From an uncultured Alphaproteobacteria bacterium (lineage in GTDB: Bacteria > Pseudomonadota > Alphaproteobacteria > Rhizobiales > Xanthobacteraceae), in NCBI GenBank assembly GCA_963807125.1, contig CAWEAH010000006.1:498921-562920 (forward strand): a DNA stretch of 64,000 nucleotides. The letters are read 5' to 3'. Position 1 is the stretch's first letter. Every line of letters begins with the position of its first letter. The notes under the pieces are model-generated. The model did no database searches, had not been told where the DNA came from, and saw only the letters and a program-made list of their open reading frames with translations. Positions 31,305-40,956 of this stretch are shown here, piece by piece. The position numbers and the translations under genes are program-made.

Positions 31305-31329
31305 AACGCCCGCTGTGAATTATGGTTCC
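31305..31329 (-). promoter_or_regulatory. EcfG-type promoter motif GGAAC-N16-CGTT (minus strand) upstream of actA
   Basis: The + strand reads AACG (31305-08), N16, GTTCC (31325-29), 92 nt upstream of the actA ATG. Confidence 0.45.
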
Positions 31330-31344
31330 TGAGAAGAACGCGAT

Positions 31345-31382
31345 GCCGCGGGCCTGCGTCGGGCTTCCGACGCAGCCGCGGC
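31345..31382 (-). terminator. GC-rich hairpin 16 nt after the DUF1236 stop, followed by a weak U-rich tract
   Basis: CTGCGTCGG, loop GCTT, CCGACGCAG, with outer arms GCCGCGG/CCGCGGC. On the minus strand it is followed by GUUCUUCU. Confidence 0.4.
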
Positions 31383-31397
31383 AAAGACGACGCGTCG

Positions 31398-32117
31398 TTA
31401 AGCGGCGATGATGTCGACGATCTCCAAAGAATCCGGATCGATGATCAGGATATTGTCGCCGACGATGATGTAATCGTAGCCGCGAAATTGAGGTACGATC
31501 TCGACCACTTCGGTCGGCAACACCTCGACGTGGACATCGCTCGGAATTTTAACGCCGACCGAGACGTCGAAATTGACGTGACTTACTCGTGCTGCGCTGC
31601 TTTTGCCGACGATCGTCTCGATCTTGGTGCGCTGCGTCTGCGACAGTTGCACTGAGCCGTGCTTGTCGGTTGCCTTCCCGGTGTTCTGCGCTGCGGACTT
31701 CGACCCGGATTTGGCGCTGTCTTGTCGCGCGCCGCGCTGCTCGGCGCCGCTGTTTTCTTCGCCAGTCTTTTGCGTCTTGGCAGCCGGCTTTTCCTCCTCG
31801 GCGTTGCCCGGCGTCGTCATTTGCTTGGGCTCGCCTTGGCCGAGCTTTTGGTCGGGTTTGGCGGCCGTCGCAGCGCCTTGTGCCGACTTCGCAGGCTCGG
31901 GACCGGTGTTTTGCGCGTGACCGCCCGGGACGTCACCTTTGATCGCGCCGCTCAATGCGCCTTTCGATTCCGCAGGCTTGGTGTTCTCCGACTTTGCCGC
32001 CGCACCGGCGCCGGCACCGGCACCGGCCGATGGATTTTGCATGGTCTGGGCCGGAGCGGAGCCGGCAAAGCCGACGAGCGCCGCCGCGGCGACCGTGGTC
32101 ACCAATAACATTCGCAT
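31398..32117 (-). CDS. DUF1236 domain secreted protein with a low-complexity Ala/Gly/Lys-rich linker
   Basis: Signal peptide MRMLLVTTVAAAALVGFAGSAPA. C-terminus VVEIVPQFRGYDYIIVGDNILIIDPDSLEIVDII. AGGAGA Shine-Dalgarno sequence before the ATG at 32117. Confidence 0.7.
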   Translation of the reverse strand: MRMLLVTTVAAAALVGFAGSAPAQTMQNPSAGAGAGAGAAAKSENTKPAESKGALSGAIKGDVPGGHAQNTGPEPAKSAQGAATAAKPDQKLGQGEPKQMTTPGNAEEEKPAAKTQKTGEENSGAEQRGARQDSAKSGSKSAAQNTGKATDKHGSVQLSQTQRTKIETIVGKSSAARVSHVNFDVSVGVKIPSDVHVEVLPTEVVEIVPQFRGYDYIIVGDNILIIDPDSLEIVDIIAA

Positions 32118-32260
32118 GAGTGTCTCCTGTTCGTCCGCGAAATCGGGCTGCGGCCTTTGACCGCATTTCCTCCGCCGCCAACTCAGCAGCGGCATTCGTG
32201 TTCCTAAAGTTGGGTTGTTTTAGTTGGGTCAAACCACCGCTGCTCCGAGGCAATCCGCCG

Positions 32261-32286
32261 GGAACTTTCGCGGGATCGCGCACGTT
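32261..32286 (+). promoter_or_regulatory. EcfG-type promoter motif GGAAC-N17-CGTT
   Basis: GGAAC at 32261-65 and CGTT at 32283-86, 51 nt upstream of the ATG at 32337. Confidence 0.5.
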
Positions 32287-32336
32287 GTTTCCTTCACGGC
32301 AATAAATAATTTGCACCTGGAATTAAGGAGACCACC

Positions 32337-32522
32337 ATGAGTTCTCCATTAGAGTCCGACCGTCATCCGCTCGAACCGCATCCCGTGGTGCGCACCGATC
32401 GCGCCCGCCAAGGCGTGACCGGGCATAATGTGCGGTACGTGCTCGGTTTCGGGATCGCCGGAATCGTTATTGTATTCGTGATTATCTGCTGGCCTACTTC
32501 GCGTAGCTCATCACGTCGCTAG
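32337..32522 (+). CDS. Small (61 aa) single-TM protein. The C-terminal tail may be frame-shifted.
   Basis: AAGGAGA Shine-Dalgarno sequence 5 nt upstream. Contains ARQGVTGHNVRYVLGFGIAGIVIVFVII. An alternative frame would end ...YLLAYFA. Confidence 0.45.
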   Translation: MSSPLESDRHPLEPHPVVRTDRARQGVTGHNVRYVLGFGIAGIVIVFVIICWPTSRSSSRR

Positions 32523-33806
32523 TCGCTGCGTTCGGCGAGCGCATTACGCTCCGTGCCGACGTCTCCGGTTCTCACGGCAGCGGCCGCGTTGCCCCAACTG
32601 TTCCGCACGTAAGTGAGCAACGCCGCGATCTGATCGTCATTGAGAACCCAAGCGAATGCCGGCATTTCCGGCGCGGTCGGCGCAGCTTTGGTGGCGACGC
32701 CAAGCCCGCCGCGCAGCACGACGTGAATGAGATTCTGTCGGATCGGTCTGCTGCACAAACGGCGTGCCATGCAGAGCCGGAAACAGCCCCGCAATTCCTT
32801 TGCCGTCCGGAGCATGGCAGCCGGAGCATTCATCCGCATAAATTTGCGCGCCGGCCTTCATGGCCGCCGTATCGGGCGGAAGGGGTTGCGGCTGCGGCTC
32901 GTCCTGCTGCTTGGCGGCGTCGCCGGGACGGTCTTTCAAATAGACTGCAATCGCTTTGACGTCGGCGTCGGTCATGTGGGAGGTCGAGAGATGGATGGTC
33001 TCCGCCATCAGGCCGTTGCCGACGATCATGCCGTTCTGACCGTTTTTGAGATAGGCGGCGATCTGATCGACCGACCATGAGCCGATGCCGCGACGGGGAT
33101 CGTTGGTGATATCCGGCGCGAACCAGCCTTGCAGCGCATAACCTTGCAGCGCTGCATTGGCCTCGTCGGCGCCGAGCGTATTCTTCGGCGTGTGGCACAG
33201 GCCGCAATGGCCGAGCCCTTCGGTGAGATACGCGCCGCGGTTCCATTGCGCGCTTTTATGCGGATCAGGCTTGAATTCGCCGGGCTTGAAGAACAGCTCG
33301 TCCCAGCCGGCCATGCTGATGCGCATATTAAGCGGAAACGGCAGTTGATCGGATTTCACCGGATTGTGGACGGCCGGCACGGTGTTGAGATAGGCCCGGA
33401 TGGCGAGCGCGTCTTGCCGCGTCATCTTTGTATAGTAAGTGTAAGGCATCGCCGGATAGAGCCGGTCGCCATGGCGTCCGGTGCCTTTGGTCAAAGCATT
33501 GACGAATTCATCGTCGCTCCAGGCGCCGATGCCGGTTAGCGGATCGGGCGTGATGTTCGGCGCGACGAGGTGTCCGAACGGTGTTTCGATAATGCGACCG
33601 CCGGCGAAGTCGTGGCCGCTGCCGGGCAGGGTGTGGCACGCGGCGCAGTCGCCGGCGACGGCCAGGTAGTGTCCGTCCTCGACTTGGTCGAAATCCTGGT
33701 TGTCGATGGCGCCGGCCGCGTAGGCGGCGAGCGGGCAGGCGCAGAGAGCCGCGCCGAGCAACAAGGCGGAAGTCAGCGATGAAAAATATCGGCTGTCGTC
33801 AGGCAT
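32519..33806 (-). pseudogene. Triheme cytochrome c subunit of a membrane-bound flavoprotein dehydrogenase (one frameshift near 32745)
   Basis: Signal peptide, then three heme sites CAACH, CGLCH and CSGCH. The C-terminus ...LIHVVLRGG...MPAFAWVLNDDQIAALLTYVRNSWGN is in the second frame. Confidence 0.75.
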
Positions 33807-35576
33807 GGACCAGCGGCCCCGGATTTTTGAGATATTGCGAGCGGATCGCGTCCGCCGCCCAGAACGCCAGCGCGCCGACGGTGTCGGTCGGGTTGTAGCC
33901 GGCATTCTGCGGAAACGCCGAAGCTCCGATTACGAACAGATTCGGCACGTCCCAGCTTTGCAGATAACGGTTCACCGCGCTGTTGCCGGGATTGTCGCCC
34001 ATGATTGCGCCACCGTTGAGGTGGGACGTCTGATACTCGGTGACGTCGTACGGGCCCCTGCGCGGCTTCTTGACGATCTGCTTGGCTCCCATCGCTTGCA
34101 GGATGCCGGCGTATTTGTCGGTCAGGAAGCTGCTCATCTTCAATTCGTTGTCGTGAAAATCGATGGTGATGCGCACCAGCGGCCGGCCGAACCGGTCCTT
34201 GTAGGTCGGATCGAGGCTCAAATAGACGTCGCGGTAGGAGTACATCGAGCCGTGGCAGGCGCCGCCGGAATTGATGGTCGACAAATAATTGTCCTTGATC
34301 GCCCGCTTCCATTTCGGGCCCCAAGCCGGCGTTCCGGGCGGCACGGCGGTGCTTTCGATCGGCCGACCGTTGGTCTGGACCTGGCCGATATAGCCGCCGC
34401 CGACGAAACCGACCGGCCCGTGATCGTAATTGTCGCCGTTGAACTCGTCGATGATCATGCCGATCGCGCCGGAGGCGACGAACGGATTGAAGTTGTATTT
34501 GTCCTTGTCGAAGAAACCCAGCGCAGACGACATCGTCTGGTGCGTGAAATTGCGTCCGATCTGGCCCTGGCCGGTGTTCGGATCGTAGGGCGTGCCGACC
34601 CCCGACAACAGAAGCAGTTGCACGTTGAACAGTGAGAACGCGCAGACCAATACAAGATCGGCCGGCTGCTCGTATTCTTCACCCGAGGAATTGACATAGG
34701 TCACGCCGGTCGCGCGCTTGCCGGTATTGTCGAGGTTGATGCGGGTGACTTCGCTATTCGTCCGGGCCTCGAAATTTGTTTTGCGAAGGAGCACCGGCAG
34801 GACCGTAGTCTGCGGGCTGGCTTTTGAATTGTTGGCGCAACCGAACCATTCGCAGTATCCGCAATAGGTGCAGGGTGCGAGGGTTACGCCGAGCGGATTG
34901 GTATAGGCCTGCGACAGGTTTCCCGAGGGCTGCGGAAACGGCTTGTAGCCGAGCTTCGCCGCGCCTTCGGCGAACAGCATGTGACCGTAGCCCTGCTTCT
35001 GCGGCGGCGTCGGATAGGGCCGCGAACGCGGTCCCTCGTAGGGATTGCCGCCGGCTTGAATCTTGCCGTCGAGATTGCCGGCCTGGCCGGAGGTGCCGCA
35101 TGATACTCGAACCTGTCGTAATACGGCTCGATGTCGTTCCAGGTAATGCCCCAATCCTGGATAGTCATATCGGTCGGCAAAAAGTTTGCGCCGTAGCGCT
35201 GCGTGAGATGGCTTTTGAGCGTGAAATCGGTCGGCTGAAACCGCCAGGTCTCCGCGTTCCAATGCACGCCCGCACCGCCGGCGCCGTTGCCGAGCATGAA
35301 GGCGCCCCAGGTGCGCACCGGCAGCGCCGTTTGACTGGTGTTGTTGCGGAACGTCACCGACATTTGCGAATTGCGCAGGAACAGCTCGTGGCGGATGCGG
35401 TAACGAAGCTCGTCTTGGGCGTAGGAGATCGCAAAATCGGTCCCGGTATCGCGCCAGGGACCGCGCTCGATCGCCACCACGTCGAGACCGGAGTCGGTCA
35501 GTTCATTGGCCAGGATCGAGCCGGTCCAACCCAGCCCGATGATGGCGACGTCTTTGTGCGGGAGTTTTCGCGGCAT
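33799..35576 (-). pseudogene. GMC-family flavoprotein dehydrogenase large subunit (gluconate 2-dehydrogenase alpha-like), one frameshift near 35100
   Basis: N-terminus MPRKLPHKDVAIIGLGWTGSILA (an alternative TTG start lies at 35600). The long C-terminal ORF 33799..35262 contains CTYCGYCEWFGC and HLNGGAIMGDNP. Confidence 0.8.
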
Positions 35577-35621
35577 GGGTGCTCTCGGCGACTGCGCCAA
35601 ATGGGAGGGGTGGTTAGAGCG

Positions 35622-36350
35622 TCATTGCGTCCAATTCGGATGATTGGCGATGCCGACCGCCGGCAGCGTCACGCGTTGATTGTGCTTGTCGATCCAGTCG
35701 CGGTAATCGTAATGCGTGCCGGGAAAGCCGATCATTTTCCACGACGCCATGTCTTTGTTGCCGCCGTAGATCGGATCCGCCAGGAAGCCGTTCTGGGTAT
35801 TTTTCAGAATGAGCGTGAAAAACTCCTGGCCGTCGGTGCCGTCGAGCTTGAATGACCCGTCTTCGAGACCGCCGATGGCCTCGTCCTTCTGATCGTCCGA
35901 CAATTCGGCGAAAACTTTGCCGCCGTATTTGGCGCGACAGGCTTGATCGAGGGCAGCTAGCGCCTTGCGATATTGCTGCGCCGGGGTTACCGGCGATTGC
36001 GGTCCTTGCTGCTTGGTGCCCTTCTGAAATGGCCCGGTCATGTAGTAGCCGCCGAAATGTCCGTAGGGGCCGGCGAGCTGGCTATCGATAAAGACGGCGC
36101 AGCCGCATTCTTTGCCGCCGGGAGACAGCTCGTCGGCCGGAATGAGGCGGTCGACCAAAGCCTCCACGGTTGCGACTTCCTGCGGCGTGAAATATTTCCA
36201 TGCCCCCGGCGTGACCTGCTCCGGCGGATCGCCCGCCCCGGGCTTCCAGGGGACGCCGCCACGGATGATCGCTGCGCGGGCGGCGCTCGAACTCAAGAGC
36301 AACCACACGGCACTGGAGCCGAGCAGCCGCCGTCGCGTCATCTGAAACAC
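35622..36350 (-). CDS. Gluconate 2-dehydrogenase subunit 3 (gamma)-family protein with Tat signal
   Basis: MFQMTRRRLLGSSAVWLLLSSSAARA, ...FFTLILKNTQNGFLADPIYGGNKDMASWKMIGFPG. Intact 242 aa. Confidence 0.75.
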   Translation of the reverse strand: MFQMTRRRLLGSSAVWLLLSSSAARAAIIRGGVPWKPGAGDPPEQVTPGAWKYFTPQEVATVEALVDRLIPADELSPGGKECGCAVFIDSQLAGPYGHFGGYYMTGPFQKGTKQQGPQSPVTPAQQYRKALAALDQACRAKYGGKVFAELSDDQKDEAIGGLEDGSFKLDGTDGQEFFTLILKNTQNGFLADPIYGGNKDMASWKMIGFPGTHYDYRDWIDKHNQRVTLPAVGIANHPNWTQ

Positions 36351-36389
36351 GGTTCAAGTCCCGGTCAGGGTGCCGCCGTCGCAACCGCG

Positions 36390-36414
36390 AACGCAGCACC
36401 AGCGAAAAAGTTCC
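36390..36414 (-). promoter_or_regulatory. EcfG-type promoter motif GGAAC-N16-CGTT (minus strand)
   Basis: The + strand reads AACG (36390-93), N16, GTTCC (36410-14), 40 nt upstream of the gamma-subunit ATG. Confidence 0.5.
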
Positions 36415-36432
36415 CTTCGTCGCCGTCGTCGC

Positions 36433-36597
36433 CTAGACCGTGCGTATCGTTCCCGCGATAGCGGCCACGACAAATAAGACAAGCGCGACCAGGAATACGA
36501 TCTTGGCGATGCCGACCGCGGCACCGGCAATACCGCCGAACCCGAGCACCGCGGCGATCAGCGCAATAATCAAAAGCGTGACAACGAGATTAAGCAT
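36433..36597 (-). CDS. DUF1328 (UPF0391) small membrane protein, 54 aa
   Basis: Below the ORF-track cutoff. GAGGAA Shine-Dalgarno sequence, then [54 protein letters not shown]. Confidence 0.7.
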   Translation of the reverse strand: MLNLVVTLLIIALIAAVLGFGGIAGAAVGIAKIVFLVALVLFVVAAIAGTIRTV

Positions 36598-36829
36598 GTC
36601 GCTTCCTCACACCCATTGGGCCAGTCGCAGCCGCGCCTGGCGGTTATCTCTTCAGTGCGAAGAGAAACGCGCAACGGGGGAAAAGTTCCATCAGCGCGTG
36701 GCGATGGAACTCCGACAGCCTTGAGCGGTTCACAAGGCGAACGCGGCAATTGGATGGCAGAATCCGCAAAACTGCGTCCTTTGAAAATTGCCGTTGTAGG
36801 CGTGAACAGCTTTTTCCGGGAGACAACAA

Positions 36830-37834
36830 ATGGACGACACGACGATTGTAGGCGAGAGCGTTGCCGTAGTGGGCTCACCTTCGGGCGGCTGGGGCGGCGC
36901 TTGGAACGGTATATCGTGGAGCGCGGTGATCGCCGGCGCCATCACGGCGATTGCGGTCTCCTTCATTGTGATCGCACTTGGCTCCGGCATCGGCATGGCG
37001 GTGGTATCGCCCTATTCCTATTCGTCGCCGTCGGCCACGACCATGACGGTGATCGGTGCTGTGTGGCTGGTGTTCGCCCAGGCCGTCGGTTATGCGGTCG
37101 GCGGCTATGTCGCCGGCCGGGCCCGCCGTGTGCCGACCGCCCTGCATACCGATGAGGTCAAGTTCCGCGACGGCGCCAACGGGCTCGTGGTGTGGGCGAT
37201 CGGAGTCTTCGTGACCGCGATCGTTCTGGTGGCCGGCGCCAATAAAATTGAAAACGCGGCCGGTAATGCCGCCCTCGGCACGCTCACTGTAGGCACCGCA
37301 GGCACCAGCGCCATGGGGCAAGGGCCGTCGGTCAATTATTTCACCGACACCTTGCTTCGCAGTAATCCGCAAAATCAGGCGAGTGCGGGTGCATCGGCAA
37401 CCGGCAATGCTGCCGGCGGCACCACGGCTCCGGCTGGCAACCCTTCGAGCGCGGCGGGCAGCGGGTCACCCGGTCAGACTTCTGGCGCGGCCAACAATCA
37501 GGAGCGGGGACAGATCAACCGTCTCCTCGTGATGTCACTCGGGCCGAACGGCATCTCCAACGACGATCGTACTTATCTGGCGCAACTCGTTGCGCAGCAG
37601 ACCGGTATGAGCCAGAACGATGCGCAGCAGCGCGTCAACACTGTTCTCGACCAGATGAAGCAGGACGCCACGCGAGCGGCTGACGCGGCGCGCAAGGCTG
37701 CGGCGTATGTGTCGTTCTGGACCTTCATGTCGCTCTTGTTTGGCGCCGTTTGCGCCACCCTCGGCGGCATTTTGGGCGGCGATCTGCGCGATGAATTCGC
37801 CAACCGAACGACCGCGACGGCGCCGGCCCGTTAG
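36830..37834 (+). CDS. Membrane protein of unknown function: N-terminal TM pair, Gly/Ala/Ser-rich linker, C-terminal helical region and a TM helix
   Basis: Intact 334-aa ORF followed by a clean intrinsic terminator. I recognise no family. Confidence 0.5.
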   Translation: MDDTTIVGESVAVVGSPSGGWGGAWNGISWSAVIAGAITAIAVSFIVIALGSGIGMAVVSPYSYSSPSATTMTVIGAVWLVFAQAVGYAVGGYVAGRARRVPTALHTDEVKFRDGANGLVVWAIGVFVTAIVLVAGANKIENAAGNAALGTLTVGTAGTSAMGQGPSVNYFTDTLLRSNPQNQASAGASATGNAAGGTTAPAGNPSSAAGSGSPGQTSGAANNQERGQINRLLVMSLGPNGISNDDRTYLAQLVAQQTGMSQNDAQQRVNTVLDQMKQDATRAADAARKAAAYVSFWTFMSLLFGAVCATLGGILGGDLRDEFANRTTATAPAR

Positions 37835-37868
37835 GCGGCGCCTATCAAACGGAGCCGAGACGAGAGTA

Positions 37869-37896
37869 GCCGGGGCGAGCACGCCCCGGCTTTTTT
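37869..37896 (+). terminator. Rho-independent terminator
   Basis: GCCGGGGCG, loop AGCA, CGCCCCGGC, then TTTTTT. Confidence 0.75.
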
Positions 37897-37975
37897 ATCG
37901 GCTCTGTTGGATGCATTAAAAGACGTAGCGAAGGGGAACCGGGATCCCGCGAACAGAAACGGTCTGTCGGTTCCA

Positions 37976-38000
37976 GGAACGACTGCTTACGCCATTCGTT
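37976..38000 (+). promoter_or_regulatory. EcfG-type promoter motif GGAAC-N16-CGTT
   Basis: GGAAC at 37976-80 and CGTT at 37997-38000, 118 nt upstream of the DUF892 ATG. Confidence 0.55.
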
Positions 38001-38117
38001 GCCGTCGGTAACCCGGTTGACGGGCAGGAACCATCGATCCGCTTTTTCCGAGCGTGAAGTCCGTCGATACGAGTAAGACAACCAGCTCACAGAGCAACAA
38101 AGAAGGAGCCGACAGCC

Positions 38118-38621
38118 ATGGGTCTGTTTACGAGGGATATTAAGACGATGGACGACCTGTTCGTGCATACGCTGCGCGACATTTATTATGCCGAAAAGCA
38201 GATTACCAAGGCGCTGCCCGACATGATCGAGAAGGCGAGCGACCCGCAGCTCAAGCAGGGGTTCCAGACGCACCTGCGCGAAACCGAAAATCACGTCAAA
38301 CGTCTGGAGCAGGTGTTCGAACTGATCGGCAAAAAAGCGCAAGGCGTCGATTGCCCCGCTATCGACGGCATCATCAAAGAGGCCAACGAAGTGGCCGGCG
38401 AAGTCGACAAGAAGCAGGTGATGGACGCGGCACTGATCGCCGCGGCGCAAGCGGTCGAGCACTATGAGATGACGCGCTACGGCACGCTGATCGCCTGGGC
38501 CAAGCAACTCGGCCGCAACGATGCCGTGACCTTGCTGAACCAGACACTGGAGGAAGAAAAGGCGACCGACAAGAAGCTGACCTCGATGGCGGAGTCGCAG
38601 GTCAATCGGAAGGCGGCATAA
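38118..38621 (+). CDS. YciE/YciF-like ferritin-like stress protein (DUF892)
   Basis: MDDLFVHTLRDIYYAEKQITKALPDMIEKASDPQLKQGFQTHLRETENHVKRLEQVF...EHYEMTRYGTLIAWA. Confidence 0.85.
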   Translation: MGLFTRDIKTMDDLFVHTLRDIYYAEKQITKALPDMIEKASDPQLKQGFQTHLRETENHVKRLEQVFELIGKKAQGVDCPAIDGIIKEANEVAGEVDKKQVMDAALIAAAQAVEHYEMTRYGTLIAWAKQLGRNDAVTLLNQTLEEEKATDKKLTSMAESQVNRKAA

Positions 38622-38647
38622 GCCTTTCCTATCGGGCCGGAAATGCG

Positions 38648-38679
38648 AGCGGCGCTGCGCCATGCAGCGCCGCTTTTTT
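38648..38679 (+). terminator. Rho-independent terminator
   Basis: AGCGGCGCTGC, loop GCCAT, GCAGCGCCGCT, then TTTTT. Confidence 0.75.
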
Positions 38680-38747
38680 GTGAAATTCGCAATCGCCTTG
38701 CTGCGGGCGCGATCGAATAAAGAGAAAAGCCGCGGCGAGATTGGAAG

Positions 38748-38839
38748 TGGCGGAAGGGGTGAGATTCGAACTCACGGGAGCCCTTGCGAGCCCCGCCGGT
38801 TTTCAAGACCGGTGCCTTAAACCACTCGGCCACCCTTCC
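38748..38839 (-). tRNA. tRNA-Ser (anticodon UGA), CCA encoded
   Basis: The reverse complement reads GGAAGGGTGGCCGAGTGG...CCGGTCTTGAAAACCGG (loop CU-UGA-AA), a long variable arm, the T-arm GTGAGTTCGAATCTCAC, and the acceptor CCCTTCC-G-CCA. Confidence 0.9.
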
Positions 38840-39195
38840 ACGTTAAGTAGATCAATGACTTAGCTGCCACGCACTCCAGCACAGACGAGAAATCTTCCAC
38901 CGGGATTGCCACCCCGAATAATCGAGGAGATCGTTCGCATTAGCACATCGCATAGCACGGGCTATAGCCGGGAGACGCCGCTAGGTATGCGATCCCGCCG
39001 GGGGATTACGCCCAGCCTGCTGTGCGCGGGAGCGGCCAAGTGGTTATCAATCCGTCCTGCGAGGACATGAAATTGTCGCCGGTCTGGTGCCTATTGCAAT
39101 TGGCCCCCCGACTAGCCTGTCGCTAACGCAAAATTCACCTCACTCGGTGATGAGCGTGCTTCGACTGGTGCCAAGGACACAACTCGCGACCAGCG

Positions 39196-40922
39196 ATGTT
39201 ATCTAGTGACACACAGTGGACACGTCCTTTGCGCATGACGGCACCTACGGCGTCTTTCGAAGAGAATAGCAAATTCCTCCATCGGGAATTCGCCGAGTCA
39301 TCCGCCGATCAAACCGCAGCCCTGCCGCTCAGTGCGTTGAACCATCTCAATCGGGCCGTTGCGGTGATCGGCACCGGGAGGACTGTACTTTACAAAAACC
39401 GAGCTTTTGACGAGCTATTTGGCGGTCATGAATGGCCCGCCGGACTGCGCGAGTTCCTAGAGCCTATCGCCCAAGGGATCGATCCTACCGGCTCGCGCGA
39501 GACGGCTTTTGAGGACGGCCGCACCTTCCACATTGAAACGGTCAACCTCCCGGAAGGCCTGCTCCTGACTGCCGAAGATATTTCCAAGGTGGTTGCCGAA
39601 CTGGCGCGATCGGCCGAGCAGGCGCGCACCGACCCGCTGACCCTCCTCGGCAACCGCCTCATGTTCCGCGAGCGCCTGCGGGAACTCATTGCGAACCTTG
39701 ACCATGCGAAGGAAACGGCGGCGGTGTTGAGCATCGATCTGGACCGGTTCAAGGCCATCAATGATGCGCTTGGTCACACCAGGTCGGCGATGCGTTGTTA
39801 AGAGCCGTAGGGGGGCGGCTCAGCTCGGTTGTGCGCCGCGGCGACATCGTGGCCCGCCTTGGTGGAGACGAATTCGGCATCGTCCAGACCGGCCAGTCGC
39901 AACCGCACTCGGCCGCAGTGCTGGCCAAGCGTATCGTCGATCTGCTCGGCCGATCTTACCTCGTCGATGGCAATCTTCTTAATATCGGCGCCAGCGTCGG
40001 CATCGCGCTGATCCCAGCTGACGGCAGCGACGACGACGAGGTCCTGAGGAACGCTGATCTGGCCCTTTACCGCTGCAAACAGGACGGGCGCAGGACCTAC
40101 CAATTCTTCGAAAACGCCATGGACGAACAGATGCAGGCGCGCCGCAGCCTGGAGCTTGATCTCCGCCGCGCATTGGCCATGCGCGAGCTCAAACTCGTTT
40201 ATCAACCGCAAAGGAATCTAAGCTCGAAACAGATTACCGGGTTCGAGGCGCTGATCCGCTGGAACAGCCCGAAACGGGGCCTCGTGTCTCCCGCCGATTT
40301 TATACCGCTTGCCGAGGAGATCGGAGTCATTGTGCAGATCGGAGAGTGGGTCATCCGCACCGCCTGCCGGGAAGCCGTTGGGTGGCCACAACCGCTTGAC
40401 GTGTCCGTCAACGTATCCGCCGTGCAGTTCGGCAGTCCGAGTCTGGTCCCCGCAATCCTATCGACGCTGGCTGAAACGGGGATCGAGCCGCGCCGGCTGG
40501 AGCTGGAAATCACCGAGAGCGTGCTGATGAAGGACCAAGTCACCGCGCTCGGCATGCTCCACAAGCTTCGCGCAGCAGGGGTTCGCATCTCGATGGACGA
40601 TTTCGGTACCGGTTATTCGTCGCTGTCCTATCTGCGGAGCTTTCCCTTCGACAAGATCAAGATCGACCAGTCTTTCGTCCGCGGCAATCCCGATGACCCG
40701 AGCAGCATGGCGATTGTCCGCGCCATTGCCGCATTGGGCAAGGCTCTGGGCATGACGACGACGGCAGAGGGTGTCGAAACCGAAGAGCAACTGGCCCGCG
40801 TCACGGCGGACGGCTGCACCGACATCCAGGGTTACCTAATCAGCAAGCCACTTGCTTCGGAGCTGATTGGCGAATTTCTGCTATCGCATATGGACCGAGC
40901 GGTCGCTTCGGCGGTGGCCTGA
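39196..40922 (+). pseudogene. Sensor-GGDEF-EAL c-di-GMP turnover protein (one frameshift at about 39775-39790, inside the GGDEF domain)
   Basis: N-terminal PAS-like region. DRFKAINDALGH then VGDALL in the next frame. RLGGDEFGIV. EAL motifs FEALIRW, ELEITES, DDFGTGYSSLSYL and KIDQSFV. Confidence 0.8.
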
Positions 40923-40956
40923 ACCTTCAAGCACAAGCAACGGGAAGGCGAACCCA

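Noticed and set aside
31960-32040. Repetitive GCACCGGC/GCCGGC tract that looks like a short tandem repeat
   Set aside because: It lies inside the DUF1236 gene and encodes the low-complexity AGAGAGAGAAA linker. It is not a CRISPR array or a regulatory repeat.
38748-39195. tRNA-Ser as an integration site of a genomic island
   Set aside because: No integrase, no direct repeat of the tRNA 3' end that I could find, and no obvious compositional break. The flanking genes are ordinary stress and signalling genes.
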